Shown here: piece after piece, positions 22,982-33,034 of the stretch
Layout: each line of letters opens with the position of its first letter
Numbering within the stretch: the stretch's first letter is position 1
Position numbers and translations under genes: made by a program
DNA from: a virus
Length of the DNA: 51,397 nucleotides
Virus record (IMG/VR): IMGVR_UViG_3300045988_030125
Reading direction: 5' to 3' (one strand)
Notes under the pieces: model-generated
What the model was told of the DNA's origin: nothing
Seen by the model: only the letters and a program-made list of their open reading frames with translations
The model's database searches: none

Positions 22982-25900
22982 CTAGTAGACTCCACGATTA
23001 CCGCTCCTCGTATTGCCATTGTCGATGTTACGGCTAATCGCACGACCATCAAGCATGACCGCAGTCGAAACAGCCTTCACCAACTGATTAAACTGTGCTG
23101 GGTTAATTGTAACAAGACCGTCACTAACACCAGCAGAGTAACCACCGACAGACGCCACAGGCACCTGCATCGTGTTAAGGGCGTTCATGAAGCCCTTACC
23201 GTAGAAATCGACAGCGGGCTGGGAAATGACGTACTCGCCGCTGCGCAACTTGAACAGGCCTTGCCCATTCGTAGCCAGGAGATTGTCGGTGCTCGGGTTA
23301 GCCGGAGGACGACCAGGCAGCAAGCCACCACCCGCGTAGCCAGGGATAGGGCCACCCATAAAGCGGCTACTGCGACCAGAACCAGTCCATGCCGGGATAT
23401 AGCCATCACTCCAAGGTCCGGGCGTGTTCGGGTGTGTCGCACCAATCCACGTGGGTTTAATCATCACCGAAATAACACTCCGACTAGGCTGGACAGGAAC
23501 CGTCACAGGGTCAGCGTGTAACGAATCAATGGCACTCTGTGTCGAACCGACAGTGCCGTTATCGGTCACATGCTCCTTCACCTCACGAGGAACCTGCCCA
23601 ATCGTCCCAGTCAAGCTATCGAAAGCCCCAGCCAACTCGGTGACCTCACCTTGGTTAAAACCAAGCTGAGTCACCTGTTCAATAAACTGGCGCTTCAGGC
23701 TTTGAGTGTACGCCTCGATCTCCTGTGTCGAATGACCAGCGGCAGCATACGCCTCGATCAACCCAATCATCTGAGACTGCAACGACCGCAGCGCCTCACG
23801 GTTAGCGATAGCAGCTTCCGTGTAGCCCTTCAGCGCGTACTGACCAGCTTGCAGGGTAGCGATCTCATTGTTGTTCTCACTGATCTTGTTCTGACCCTCG
23901 TTGATCTTCTCCTTGGCATCATCGATGTCCACCTGCAAGGACTGAGCGCGCTCCTCGTCGCCGTACTTCAAGGCGACAGCGCGGAAGAACTCAGCATCAT
24001 GCAAGTCTTGCTGAGCCTTACGCATGTCAGAAGCGAGCTTGTCGTTCTCCTTGCGAAGGTCCTTCACCTTCTTGGTCGTGTTCTCAACATCCTTCTTCAG
24101 GCTGTTAAGACCCTTACGGTAGTTGTCCTGAGCAGTTGTCGAACGCCACCAGGAGGTCAGCGCCTTGTCGAGCGCCGACTTTAGTCTCGACAGGAAGTCC
24201 TCGAAGATTTCAGCAGCAGTCTTGGTCTCCTTGCGGGCATGAGACGCACCACCTCGGCCACCACTTCCACCAGAACGAGGCGAGTGTCCACCACCGCCCC
24301 CGCCGGACGAGCGCTGAGGCTTGGCACGGAAGTTGTTGCCGCTAAACGCCGACCGCCCACCATTACGCACACCAAAGGTAGGCATACGAATACCGGACGA
24401 CCGACCCACACCAAACGAACCCTTGCCGGTCTTAGACCGCGTACCACCGATAAGGGCTTGGTACCTTTGAATAGCACCAAAGATAGCTGAAACCTGACCA
24501 AGGGCACCTTGGGCCTGGCCGACAGCGTTCACAGCATTGTTGACCATCTGATTCAACGATGCATCCGTCTTAGAGTGATCGACCTCGCCGGACTGATAAG
24601 GCTGAGCGATGATAGCGGCCATAGTGTCGCGCTGCTGTTCAAACGCGCTCATGTCGAAACCCTGAGCAGTAAGGAAGTCAATCGTATCCTGGATCGACTG
24701 CTGAGCGTACTGGTATGCTTCCTCGCCAGTCAGGCCCATTTCTTCAATACCTGCAGCAGCGGCATTGCCCATCTTCTCGAAGTACTCCGAGATAGCAGCA
24801 ATGTTGGCCTGGCCAGCAGGAGAGTTCGGGTCCATCGACGTGCCGTTAGTCTGCATCGACTCGTACACTTGCTGCATAGCACTGTCGAGCGCTGCAGCAG
24901 CATCTGTCGAAGAGAACATCTCCTCCAAGACAGAGTGGATCACCTCGGCCATGTCCTTGAACTCGCCCTTGGCGTCACCAATCTTGAAGCCAGCCTCTTC
25001 CGTCTGCTCACCAGTCTCTTCGATGCCCTGGCCAAAGAGGACAGCATCATTCAGGGCGTCACGCATAGCACCGCCGACACCTTCAGACTGCCCCTTCAAT
25101 TCATTCAGAGCGTTGATCTGGTCATCATACTTCTTGGTGGCAATCAAAATACTGCCAGAAGAGTCACCACCACCGATATTCGCATCAATGGCTGCTTGGG
25201 CAGCTTCATTAGAGCGTGCCTGAATCTGCTTGATATACCCGTCGATATACGCATCAGCAGCAGCCTTGCCGCCACCCTGAGACTCAGAGGTCGTGGCCAG
25301 CTTGATGTACTTTGCATATGAGAAGCCCATGTCAACCAATGCTTGCTTGGTTTCCTTGGACATGCCCTTGAAAGCCTCAGAACCCTGAATGGCATCCATA
25401 ATCAAAGCTTGAGTATGCTCACCAATCTTCAGGGTAGAGTAACCCATGGCCTCGGCCTGCTCATGCGTAGCCTGAACGACCTGACCCGACTGATCCACAT
25501 AGTAACCAAGCGCCTGGCCGTTAGCAGTCAGAACTTCACCATTCTGCTCAATCGTCGCGTTCAGCTCAACAAAGCCAGACTGGGTGCCGTCACCAACTTC
25601 CTTCGTATCCTGAACCAAAGCGTTCATAATTGCAGAAGTACCGCCGACAGCGTTCTTAAACTCATCAGCCTTAACGGATGCTTCAGAGAACGAGTCACTA
25701 AGGTACGTAGCAGCAACCGACACAGCAGCTAGGCCAGCAGAAATAGCAATACCCCATGGCCCACCGAACATCGACATCAGGCCAGAGCCGACAGCGGACA
25801 GCTTAGACAGGGCACCGACAGCCTGGCCAGCGCCAGCCGCAACCTGAGCGCCAGCAGCAGCCGCAGACGCCCCAGCAGAAGCCATTTGAGCGGCGTTCTG

Positions 25901-28186
25901 AGCACCCTTAGCCACCGCAGCCTTACCAGCAGCAGCAGCCACCGCATTATCCGCAGCGGCAAGACGCTGGTTAGCTGCAGCAGCAGCATTAGCCGTACCT
26001 ACGTTAGCGGCCAGCGACGCATCGTAGGCAACCACACCCGTCTGAGCTTGCTTCACGGCCTGCCACACGATGTTCCACGAGACCTTGGACTGGCCCGTGG
26101 CCTGTACCATGCGAGTCTGCATCTGCAAGAAGGTAGCAGACATCGACACAGCCGCAGCCTTCACAGCCAAGAGACCGACACGCACAGTGCCCACAGCCGC
26201 GAGCGCACCGACAAACGCCTGAATAGGCCTGGGGAGCTGGGCGAAGGCGTTAATGATGCCTGTCGCCAAGGAAATCAGGCCCTTGAACGGAACCATGAAG
26301 CTGCTGTTGATAGCCGCGCCCGCGTTCTGCAAAGCGTGCTGGAAGGCCTCGACCTTAGCAGCCATAGTGCCCATGATGATGCCCATGGACTCATCAATGA
26401 ACGTCGTACCCTTAGCGGCCTTGTCGGCTTCCTTCAACTGCTCCACGTACAGGCCGAGGCTGTTCGACATACGCGACAGCAGCTCAACGTCACGCACGTT
26501 CTTGAAGCCTAGGTCCTTAATTGCCTGAGCCTTATCAACCTTGTCGCTGATTCCTGCAAGGTGCTGCAAGATACCCTGGAAAACCCTGTTCGGGTCATCA
26601 CGCCAAAGCTTCTGGAACTCCTCGTCAGTCGCGCCAATAGCACGTGCGTAGGTGTGCATCGAATCACTGCCCTCTGCTGCAGCAGAGTTAATTGAATTGA
26701 AGATACGCTGCAATGATCCTCGCGCCCATTCCTTCGGAATAGCAAGCGACGACAACGTAGACGACAGCGCGAGAATCTGGTTCTGGGTAAGACCAGCACT
26801 CTTACCCTGTGCAGCGATGCTGACCATCATGTTCGCAATCTCAGGCTCAGTCGCAACAGACTTCGCGCCGAGGTCCGCAACCTGGTTCGCAAGGACAGCG
26901 TAACCATCACCAGCACCCTTAGCTGACTCCTGCAAGCCGCCCATCATCTGACCGAAACGACCGAAAGCCGTTGTCGCAGCCTCAACCTCCATACCAGTCA
27001 CCGTCGAGAACTGGGCGACAGCCTTGGTGAAATCTTCAAGGTCCTTAGTCGGAATGTTCATCTGCGCACCGAGCGTACCAATCTTCGACAGATCAGCAAA
27101 CGACGTAGTAGTCTTCGTAGACAACTCGGTATAGGCGCGCTTCAGGTTATCCAAATCCGCTGTCGTGCCCTGGGCAGTACGCTGCACGTCAGCAAACGCA
27201 CGCTCCTGTGCGATACCGGCCTGGGTAGCAGACGACACCACACGGCCAAGGCCAGCCGTAATCGCGCCGTAGTACACGGCCATATCGCGCGCAGCATAGC
27301 GGGCGTTCTCGATAGCACGCTCACTCGCGTGAGCATCATTACGAGCGCTACTTGCACTCGTCCTCACCAACTGTCGATCAAAAGCACCTTGTGTCTTGAT
27401 CTTCTCACGCTCAGTACGAGCGGCCTCAGACTCTCGGTTCGCAATGATCTTCGCAGACGCAGCCTCGACAGCCGCCGCACGCTTAGACTCAGCAGCAGCC
27501 GTCGTTGCAGCCGCCTTAATCTCTGCCTGCTCCAAAGCCGTGAGCGCCTGAATCTCGGCAAGACGAGTAGCCTCGGCACCTTTCGCCTTCACCAGACTAC
27601 GCTCATCTCGCCCCTTCTGCTTCTGCAAAGGGAGCGCATTGTCCTCGTGCTTGACCGCTGCCTGAGCGCGCAGCTTCTCAGCCTGCGCTTCGGTCTTACG
27701 GGCCTGCGACTGGTTCAACGCCGCCTGGGCCTTCTTCGCCTTGTTCTCGGCCTCAGCCATAGCGTTCGACGCAGAGGCCACCTCACGCATAGCTGAGGCG
27801 GTATCCTTCAGCTTAGCGATGTGATCCTTGCTGAGTGCGTTCATCGTGCGCGTCTCACGGATGAACTGTCGATACGCGCTAACAGCCTTATCGACACCAG
27901 CCGAAAGATCAGCCTTGCTCACATCCCCGGCAGCCTTGTTCAGCGCACCAAGAGCATCAGCCACAGACCGCAGCGCTGTAGCTGATTCCTTCAGGTTCTT
28001 GACCTTCGAGCTGTCGAGCTGCAAAGAATCAAGAACCGTACCACCACGGCCAGAAGGAGACTTCAGCGTAGCGACAGCGCTCTGAAGCGAGCCGATCTGC
28101 TTTTCCAGAGCACCAATGCTCTGCGCCGCCTTATCCGCGCCAGAGGCATTAACGTCAATGTCAATCTTAATCGACTCGTCTGCCAC
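22982..28186 (-). CDS. tape measure protein (about 1734 aa; the track's TTG start is at 28222)
   Basis: This is a very long Ala/Gln-rich coiled-coil ORF with hydrophobic central segments and a Gly-rich tract. GTG 28186 lies 5 nt after AGGAG. Confidence 0.93.
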   Translation of the reverse strand: MADESIKIDIDVNASGADKAAQSIGALEKQIGSLQSAVATLKSPSGRGGTVLDSLQLDSSKVKNLKESATALRSVADALGALNKAAGDVSKADLSAGVDKAVSAYRQFIRETRTMNALSKDHIAKLKDTASAMREVASASNAMAEAENKAKKAQAALNQSQARKTEAQAEKLRAQAAVKHEDNALPLQKQKGRDERSLVKAKGAEATRLAEIQALTALEQAEIKAAATTAAAESKRAAAVEAASAKIIANRESEAARTEREKIKTQGAFDRQLVRTSASSARNDAHASERAIENARYAARDMAVYYGAITAGLGRVVSSATQAGIAQERAFADVQRTAQGTTADLDNLKRAYTELSTKTTTSFADLSKIGTLGAQMNIPTKDLEDFTKAVAQFSTVTGMEVEAATTAFGRFGQMMGGLQESAKGAGDGYAVLANQVADLGAKSVATEPEIANMMVSIAAQGKSAGLTQNQILALSSTLSSLAIPKEWARGSLQRIFNSINSAAAEGSDSMHTYARAIGATDEEFQKLWRDDPNRVFQGILQHLAGISDKVDKAQAIKDLGFKNVRDVELLSRMSNSLGLYVEQLKEADKAAKGTTFIDESMGIIMGTMAAKVEAFQHALQNAGAAINSSFMVPFKGLISLATGIINAFAQLPRPIQAFVGALAAVGTVRVGLLAVKAAAVSMSATFLQMQTRMVQATGQSKVSWNIVWQAVKQAQTGVVAYDASLAANVGTANAAAAANQRLAAADNAVAAAAGKAAVAKGAQNAAQMASAGASAAAAGAQVAAGAGQAVGALSKLSAVGSGLMSMFGGPWGIAISAGLAAVSVAATYLSDSFSEASVKADEFKNAVGGTSAIMNALVQDTKEVGDGTQSGFVELNATIEQNGEVLTANGQALGYYVDQSGQVVQATHEQAEAMGYSTLKIGEHTQALIMDAIQGSEAFKGMSKETKQALVDMGFSYAKYIKLATTSESQGGGKAAADAYIDGYIKQIQARSNEAAQAAIDANIGGGDSSGSILIATKKYDDQINALNELKGQSEGVGGAMRDALNDAVLFGQGIEETGEQTEEAGFKIGDAKGEFKDMAEVIHSVLEEMFSSTDAAAALDSAMQQVYESMQTNGTSMDPNSPAGQANIAAISEYFEKMGNAAAAGIEEMGLTGEEAYQYAQQSIQDTIDFLTAQGFDMSAFEQQRDTMAAIIAQPYQSGEVDHSKTDASLNQMVNNAVNAVGQAQGALGQVSAIFGAIQRYQALIGGTRSKTGKGSFGVGRSSGIRMPTFGVRNGGRSAFSGNNFRAKPQRSSGGGGGGHSPRSGGSGGRGGASHARKETKTAAEIFEDFLSRLKSALDKALTSWWRSTTAQDNYRKGLNSLKKDVENTTKKVKDLRKENDKLASDMRKAQQDLHDAEFFRAVALKYGDEERAQSLQVDIDDAKEKINEGQNKISENNNEIATLQAGQYALKGYTEAAIANREALRSLQSQMIGLIEAYAAAGHSTQEIEAYTQSLKRQFIEQVTQLGFNQGEVTELAGAFDSLTGTIGQVPREVKEHVTDNGTVGSTQSAIDSLHADPVTVPVQPSRSVISVMIKPTWIGATHPNTPGPWSDGYIPAWTGSGRSSRFMGGPIPGYAGGGLLPGRPPANPSTDNLLATNGQGLFKLRSGEYVISQPAVDFYGKGFMNALNTMQVPVASVGGYSAGVSDGLVTINPAQFNQLVKAVSTAVMLDGRAISRNIDNGNTRSGNRGVY

Positions 28187-28240
28187 TTCCACTCCTAAGA
28201 AAAGTCCCTGATACCAATCCAATGATACCAGGGACTCTTC

Positions 28241-28700
28241 CTAACTAACCTGTTCGAGAGCTTCAATAGGCGTTGGTAGCGACTCTTTCGTGCCGTCCGA
28301 ATACTCAACAGTATCCAGAACAGTGAACGAGCTTTCACCAGGTTTCGGATGCTTATGCTCACGATACCTATCAAGCTCAGCACACGAGTAGCATGTCGAT
28401 GTTTCAACATGGAACTCAATCGCGCTATGCTCACTGCGACCGTACCAGAGCGGCATACCACACTTGTTACACAGACTATCGAGATAGTACTGATAACCAG
28501 CGGCCAAAGCTAGGTCAAGGTTAGTGTATTCAGTTTGATCTATTGGCTCCGAGTCCATCTCGTCACCAATCCATGCAGGCACTGACCGAGCAAACATGCC
28601 AGGAGCACCAATGAACAATGTCGGAGGCTTACCCTCAGCCCTCGCCGTTTTCAACAAGAGAATCATCCACTGGTTCTCCGGCCTCGACAGTTCCGTCCCC
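28241..28700 (-). CDS. tail assembly chaperone frameshift extension (T part), in the +1 frame relative to G
   Basis: Track ORF 28241-28807 overlaps the 3' end of G and has no start signal of its own. The frame offset (29261-28807=454) is 1 mod 3. A GGGG run lies at 28697-28700. Confidence 0.6.
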
Positions 28701-29261
28701 ACGAAACGTAGGGTCACTAATCGCTTCCGACACCACGGCACCGAGCTGCTGTGCATCGTTCCACGTACCGCAGATTTCCTGCCACAGGAACTCAGGAAGG
28801 TGACCACGCAGCTCTGCTGCCTCGTCTTCCGTCAGACCCTTCTTCGACTCGCCCGTGGAGTTGTCGAAGATCTCGACACAGGAGCGAGAGATAACATACT
28901 CCATCAAGCGATCTTCGCGCTCGACGGCAATGACTGCCTTTTCCTCTTCACTCTTGTTCTTCGTACTGAAGAACTTGTCCTCCCACACGCGACGCTTCAG
29001 GACATTGAGTTCCTTGTTCGACAGCGCACGCAGACGAAGAGTAATCGTCTCCTTGCGAAGAGCCTCAAGCTCTTCCTGAAGCTCAACACCCGGGGAAGTG
29101 TCGGTAATCGAACGAGACATAGGTGCCTCAACGATCTGGGCAGTCTTAGCGATCTCGACCAGTTGGGCGAAACGCTCCGCGTTCTCAGTGTTCAACGGAA
29201 CATCAATCGTCTTCACGGTCGGCTTGATGGACGAGATAATCTTAGACAGTTCGAAAGCCAT
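28635..29261 (-). CDS. tail assembly chaperone (G)
   Basis: It lies between the major tail and tape measure genes. The product is acidic. An SD GGAGTAG is present. Confidence 0.8.
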   Translation of the reverse strand: MAFELSKIISSIKPTVKTIDVPLNTENAERFAQLVEIAKTAQIVEAPMSRSITDTSPGVELQEELEALRKETITLRLRALSNKELNVLKRRVWEDKFFSTKNKSEEEKAVIAVEREDRLMEYVISRSCVEIFDNSTGESKKGLTEDEAAELRGHLPEFLWQEICGTWNDAQQLGAVVSEAISDPTFRGDGTVEAGEPVDDSLVENGEG

Positions 29262-29281
29262 GTCTACTCCAATCAGATATG

Positions 29282-29318
29282 AGAATACCCCCGCACCTCG
29301 GAGGTACAGGGGTATTCT
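29282..29318 (-). terminator. Hairpin (attenuator-type) after the major tail gene
   Basis: AGAATACCCC (29282-29291) pairs with GGGGTATTCT (29309-29318). Confidence 0.5.
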
Positions 29319-29329
29319 AGCAGAGTTGA

Positions 29330-29875
29330 TCAGGCAGTGACAGCCTTGTTCAACTGCATAAAGCCCTGGGGCAGGAACGGCACCTCAAACTGGATCGGCT
29401 TGTCGCCGTCACCCAGAACATCCTTCGGGTTGTCAGGGACAACCTTAAAGGCCGAGAGTTCCTGACCAGCCTCGACAGGGGTGCCCTGTCGGAAGCCGAT
29501 GCGCTGAACGAGGTAGCCCTCCTTCAGGCCGTCCAGCGTTCCACGCTTGAACAACTGGAAAGCCTTGTCATAGACGCTGGTGTTACCCGCCGCCTTTTGA
29601 CCCTTAGCGATCTCCTCACGGAAGAAGGTGAGGGATGCTTCATAATTTGCGATAGTCGGGGTCTTGGCGTTCCCGGAATCGCAAATGGAGCGAGAATCAT
29701 CAGTATCACTATCGGTTGCACCGAGCGTCATGCCCGCCGCAATAGCACACGAAATATCGACAGCCTTCGGCGTGCCACCCGTATAGGTAGCCGCCTTAAA
29801 CAAGTCATCAGTATTCGTGATACCATCAGCCGGAACCCACCAAATGGTGGTGTTCGGACTCAACATCTTCGCCAT
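29330..29875 (-). CDS. major tail protein
   Basis: It lies upstream of the chaperones. The 181-aa product is rich in beta-forming residues. An SD AGGAGG is present. Confidence 0.8.
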   Translation of the reverse strand: MAKMLSPNTTIWWVPADGITNTDDLFKAATYTGGTPKAVDISCAIAAGMTLGATDSDTDDSRSICDSGNAKTPTIANYEASLTFFREEIAKGQKAAGNTSVYDKAFQLFKRGTLDGLKEGYLVQRIGFRQGTPVEAGQELSAFKVVPDNPKDVLGDGDKPIQFEVPFLPQGFMQLNKAVTA

Positions 29876-29877
29876 AA

Positions 29878-30051
29878 TCAGTCCTCCTGATCGATAGTAT
29901 TGTCGTCTTCAATGGTATCATCTGCACCACAGCAAGACGGCTGAGTTAATGGTGTCTTATCATCGACACGCTCATACATGTCCGGCAGAACCGAAAGCTC
30001 CGCCTCGGACTTCTCGCACACGATATTGGTGTACACATTACGCACACGCAT
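29878..30051 (-). CDS. hypothetical acidic 57-aa protein
   Basis: I translated this by hand; it is below the track cutoff. An SD GAGGAGAC is present. The ORF fills the gap between the tail terminator and major tail genes. Confidence 0.55.
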   Translation of the reverse strand: MRVRNVYTNIVCEKSEAELSVLPDMYERVDDKTPLTQPSCCGADDTIEDDNTIDQED

Positions 30052-30052
30052 A

Positions 30053-30469
30053 TTAGTCTCCTCTATCTAGGTTGACGTAGAAAGCCATACTGTGCTGAAA
30101 AATAGCCGGACGCAAAGTCGAATCGAAATCCTTAGACGTACCGACAGATGCAGCGATATTGATGCCATTTGATCCATCAATCAACACAGCACCAATAAGC
30201 TTTTCCTTCACAACCGACACAAGCCGATTGAGAAGCCTCTTATCCTCGCCATACACATCCACGTGGAAGGGGTGCTCGTACACATCCAGCATGTGCCCGG
30301 CAACCGACTTGTAACCTCGTAGCTGTCGATTGATCTCAGCGCCGCCGTGGTACACAATGTACAGCGGCGCATCCACCTTACGAGCAAAAGAATCGAAAAC
30401 CTCAATACCCTTGATGCCACGCAAAAGAGCCAGGCAGGCCTCGTCAAACTCTAAGGTCCGATCTTTCAC
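30053..30469 (-). CDS. tail terminator-like protein
   Basis: The ORF is in the track. Its GTG start overlaps the upstream stop as GTGA, and it follows GGGAGG. The call rests on position in the module. Confidence 0.65.
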   Translation of the reverse strand: MKDRTLEFDEACLALLRGIKGIEVFDSFARKVDAPLYIVYHGGAEINRQLRGYKSVAGHMLDVYEHPFHVDVYGEDKRLLNRLVSVVKEKLIGAVLIDGSNGINIAASVGTSKDFDSTLRPAIFQHSMAFYVNLDRGD

Positions 30470-30945
30470 TTCAGCCTCCCGTAGAACTCTTCACGGAACA
30501 CAGCCGTCACACGAGGGAGATACTTAGCGGGGATAATACCCTTCGAACTCTTGCTACCTCGTGCCTTGCCACGCAAGCCAGAACGCAGATAGCCAGAAGT
30601 TCGATTACCATAAGTACCATTCTCCTGCCAGGAATAGTATGGCTTTTCGCGCTCCCACTTATGCCAGCCGATCTCGACGGTCTTACCCCCCTTGGATGCA
30701 TCGACGCTGAACGTGTCACGCATATAACCAGTATCGACACGCCGTGGGTCTGTCCCAATCAACTGGCGACCATACTCAGTAGAAGCAGCAGCAGCAGCCT
30801 TAGCGGCGGCGTCAACCTTCTTCCAAGCGGCGTCGATGATCTTCTTCTTCGCCTTAGCTGCAACACCGTAACGGTCGGAATCGACAGTAACCTTAATGCC
30901 AGTAACTCGACCGTCGTATCGTACTGTCTTCTTAGTGCGTGCCAT
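30466..30945 (-). CDS. head-tail joining protein (HK97 gp10-like)
   Basis: I moved the track ORF start to ATG 30945, which follows AGGGGA. The call rests on position in the module. Confidence 0.6.
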   Translation of the reverse strand: MARTKKTVRYDGRVTGIKVTVDSDRYGVAAKAKKKIIDAAWKKVDAAAKAAAAASTEYGRQLIGTDPRRVDTGYMRDTFSVDASKGGKTVEIGWHKWEREKPYYSWQENGTYGNRTSGYLRSGLRGKARGSKSSKGIIPAKYLPRVTAVFREEFYGRLK

Positions 30946-31429
30946 GAGCAGTATCCCCTGTCTCCACATCACAAAGCAGTGTTACCTGCCAGTTTAGCGT
31001 ATCGATCTGGGCATTACGCACAACCAGCTTCAAGCCCTCAACCCTGGTGTCGGTAGGCATTTCGTCTACTTGGAGACGCATACCCTCACCGAACGACACA
31101 CGTACAGAAGGCTCACCCCACAAATCCTGCGACACCAGCTCGTTCTTGTCGAGATGCAAAAGCTGCACACGATAAGCGTGAACACCTGTCACTTCACCGG
31201 CCCACTCGCGGTTACGGGCACGCCAGTCCACGTTTGGTGTAATGTTCGCCCAACCCTTCCACACAGGATGGTTGTCCTTAGCTGACAGCCCATTGTCAGC
31301 CGTCCAGTCATACGACACCGTGTCGGGCGTTTCGTAAATACTAACCTTCGTATTAGCCAACAACTGCAATGGGTAGTACGAAGCATACAAGAACAGAGGG
31401 TGGATATTAGGATTGATCGACAGTGCCAC
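30932..31429 (-). CDS. head-tail connector/closure protein (alternative start 31447)
   Basis: The ORF is in the track. GTG 31429 overlaps the upstream stop by 1 nt. Confidence 0.6.
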   Translation of the reverse strand: MALSINPNIHPLFLYASYYPLQLLANTKVSIYETPDTVSYDWTADNGLSAKDNHPVWKGWANITPNVDWRARNREWAGEVTGVHAYRVQLLHLDKNELVSQDLWGEPSVRVSFGEGMRLQVDEMPTDTRVEGLKLVVRNAQIDTLNWQVTLLCDVETGDTAHGTH

Positions 31430-31815
31430 TAGAAGTTCACCGCCCAATCCACAGGCTCAAACGTCGGCTGCACAACATCAAAGCAAAGGTTGCTTACCTC
31501 GTCTTCCTTCGCCTGAGCACGCAACTGACGAGCACGACCGACAATCGCAGCCAGCAGCTTAGCACCATCTGTCTGCTTGTCGTCCGTCTTCAAGACAAGC
31601 AGCTGCAAAGCCTTATCCATGCCAATAGCGTCACACGCATCAGCAGCAGCCAGCTTCACGTTACCACCGTTAACAGCGAGCAAAGCCTCAATCTCTTCAT
31701 CCGCGAAAAGATAACGCGGCTCGTTCCTCAGATCACGCAAGTCCTCCAACTTACGCAAATCAGGAATAAGAACACGCACCTGACCTACAGGCGAAGAAAA
31801 ATCAATATCACTCAT
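31429..31815 (-). CDS. head-to-tail adaptor protein
   Basis: I moved the track ORF start to ATG 31815. It is the first gene after the capsid gene. TATACT lies 6 nt upstream of the ATG. Confidence 0.65.
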   Translation of the reverse strand: MSDIDFSSPVGQVRVLIPDLRKLEDLRDLRNEPRYLFADEEIEALLAVNGGNVKLAAADACDAIGMDKALQLLVLKTDDKQTDGAKLLAAIVGRARQLRAQAKEDEVSNLCFDVVQPTFEPVDWAVNF

Positions 31816-31826
31816 AAAACCAGTAT

Positions 31827-31864
31827 AGCAAGACCCCGTGACCAAAGGGGCCACAGGGTCTTGC
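31827..31864 (-). terminator. Hairpin after the major capsid gene
   Basis: AGCAAGACCC (31827-31836) pairs with GGGTCTTGCT (31855-31864), 10 bp. Confidence 0.65.
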
Positions 31865-31879
31865 TACTCAGCTAACTGA

Positions 31880-33022
31880 TCAGAGGTGACCGTTTTGACC
31901 ACCGGCAGACAGGACGACACCATCAAGGTTCAGCAGGCCAGCACCCGCGATCTGACGAACGCGAATCTCCACGTCGTCATTGTCAAAAGAGCCTTCACGG
32001 TAATCGACAGCACCGCCGCCGAGCATCGTACCAGTCGCGTTGTGGGCGCGAAGCTCCGGGGTCTCACGGCCACGCATGGAGGTCTTAGCGATAGTGGTCT
32101 TATCGCCAGCCTTACCACCCTTGGGAACCAGTGCCCAAGCGTCGTCACCAACAATGGTGCCAATGAGATCAGACTCGACAACCTCAATGTCGGTCAGCGT
32201 GTTGGTGCTGATCGTGGTCGTCTTGCCGTTGGTCGTGCGAATCTCACGGATAGCGAGAAGTTCGCGGGCAAGCTGAGCCTGAGCGGGCGAACACACCAGC
32301 GCGAAACCACCAGGAACGGTGACCGTGCGACCGGACTCAGACTTGGTGTTAAGGGCCTGCCAACGAGCAGCAGTGATAGCACCGTAGGAAATACGCGCAT
32401 CCTTGCCGTTATTACCGGCAACAGCCTCACCCTTGAACTCGGCAGGCACCTTCGTCAGGTCAAGCTGACGACCCAGCTCGGTCTTAATGTAATTGATGCG
32501 GAGGTCGAACAAGGTCATGAGAACCAGCAAGTCCTCAGTGCGAGCCGCAAGACGGCCAGCGTCAGTTGGCAGCTTTTCAATCGTGTTCCAATCGTCATTG
32601 ACGATTGCCTCGAAGCTGAACTGAAGGCGCGCACCATGCTTGCCAACCTCAACGAAACGACCGTTGCCGGTGTACGTGAGAGTCGGGTAGGGGGTCAACT
32701 CAGGAATCGCGGGCAGCGTGTCCTGGATGGGCGAGAAGCCGCCGTTGTCGATAGGCATCGACGCAATGTCCGAGTTCAGCGACAGGTAAGCGGCAGAGCG
32801 GAAGTCGTTGAGCAAGACCTTTTCCGCAATGCGGGGCCAGATCGAGTCATACTCGTTGTAAGCTTTAACGAACTGCACGTTAGCAGCGTTAACGAACATG
32901 GTCGGTGCGAGGCTGTCAGTGGTGACAGCCTCCTTCAGACGCGCCTGAGCGATCTTGTCGCCCTTGAAGGCACCTTCGAGCAGCTTGTTGAACTCAAGCT
33001 GGTCCTTTTCATTGATCGACAT
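31880..33022 (-). CDS. major capsid protein (HK97-fold type)
   Basis: The 380-aa ORF lies after the scaffold/decoration genes and is followed by a strong hairpin. Confidence 0.85.
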   Translation of the reverse strand: MSINEKDQLEFNKLLEGAFKGDKIAQARLKEAVTTDSLAPTMFVNAANVQFVKAYNEYDSIWPRIAEKVLLNDFRSAAYLSLNSDIASMPIDNGGFSPIQDTLPAIPELTPYPTLTYTGNGRFVEVGKHGARLQFSFEAIVNDDWNTIEKLPTDAGRLAARTEDLLVLMTLFDLRINYIKTELGRQLDLTKVPAEFKGEAVAGNNGKDARISYGAITAARWQALNTKSESGRTVTVPGGFALVCSPAQAQLARELLAIREIRTTNGKTTTISTNTLTDIEVVESDLIGTIVGDDAWALVPKGGKAGDKTTIAKTSMRGRETPELRAHNATGTMLGGGAVDYREGSFDNDDVEIRVRQIAGAGLLNLDGVVLSAGGQNGHL

Positions 33023-33034
33023 TAGTTAAACCTT

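Noticed and set aside
31886-33025. 379-aa ORF on the + strand
   Set aside because: It is an exact antisense shadow of the major capsid gene, with low-complexity Arg/Gly/Val composition.
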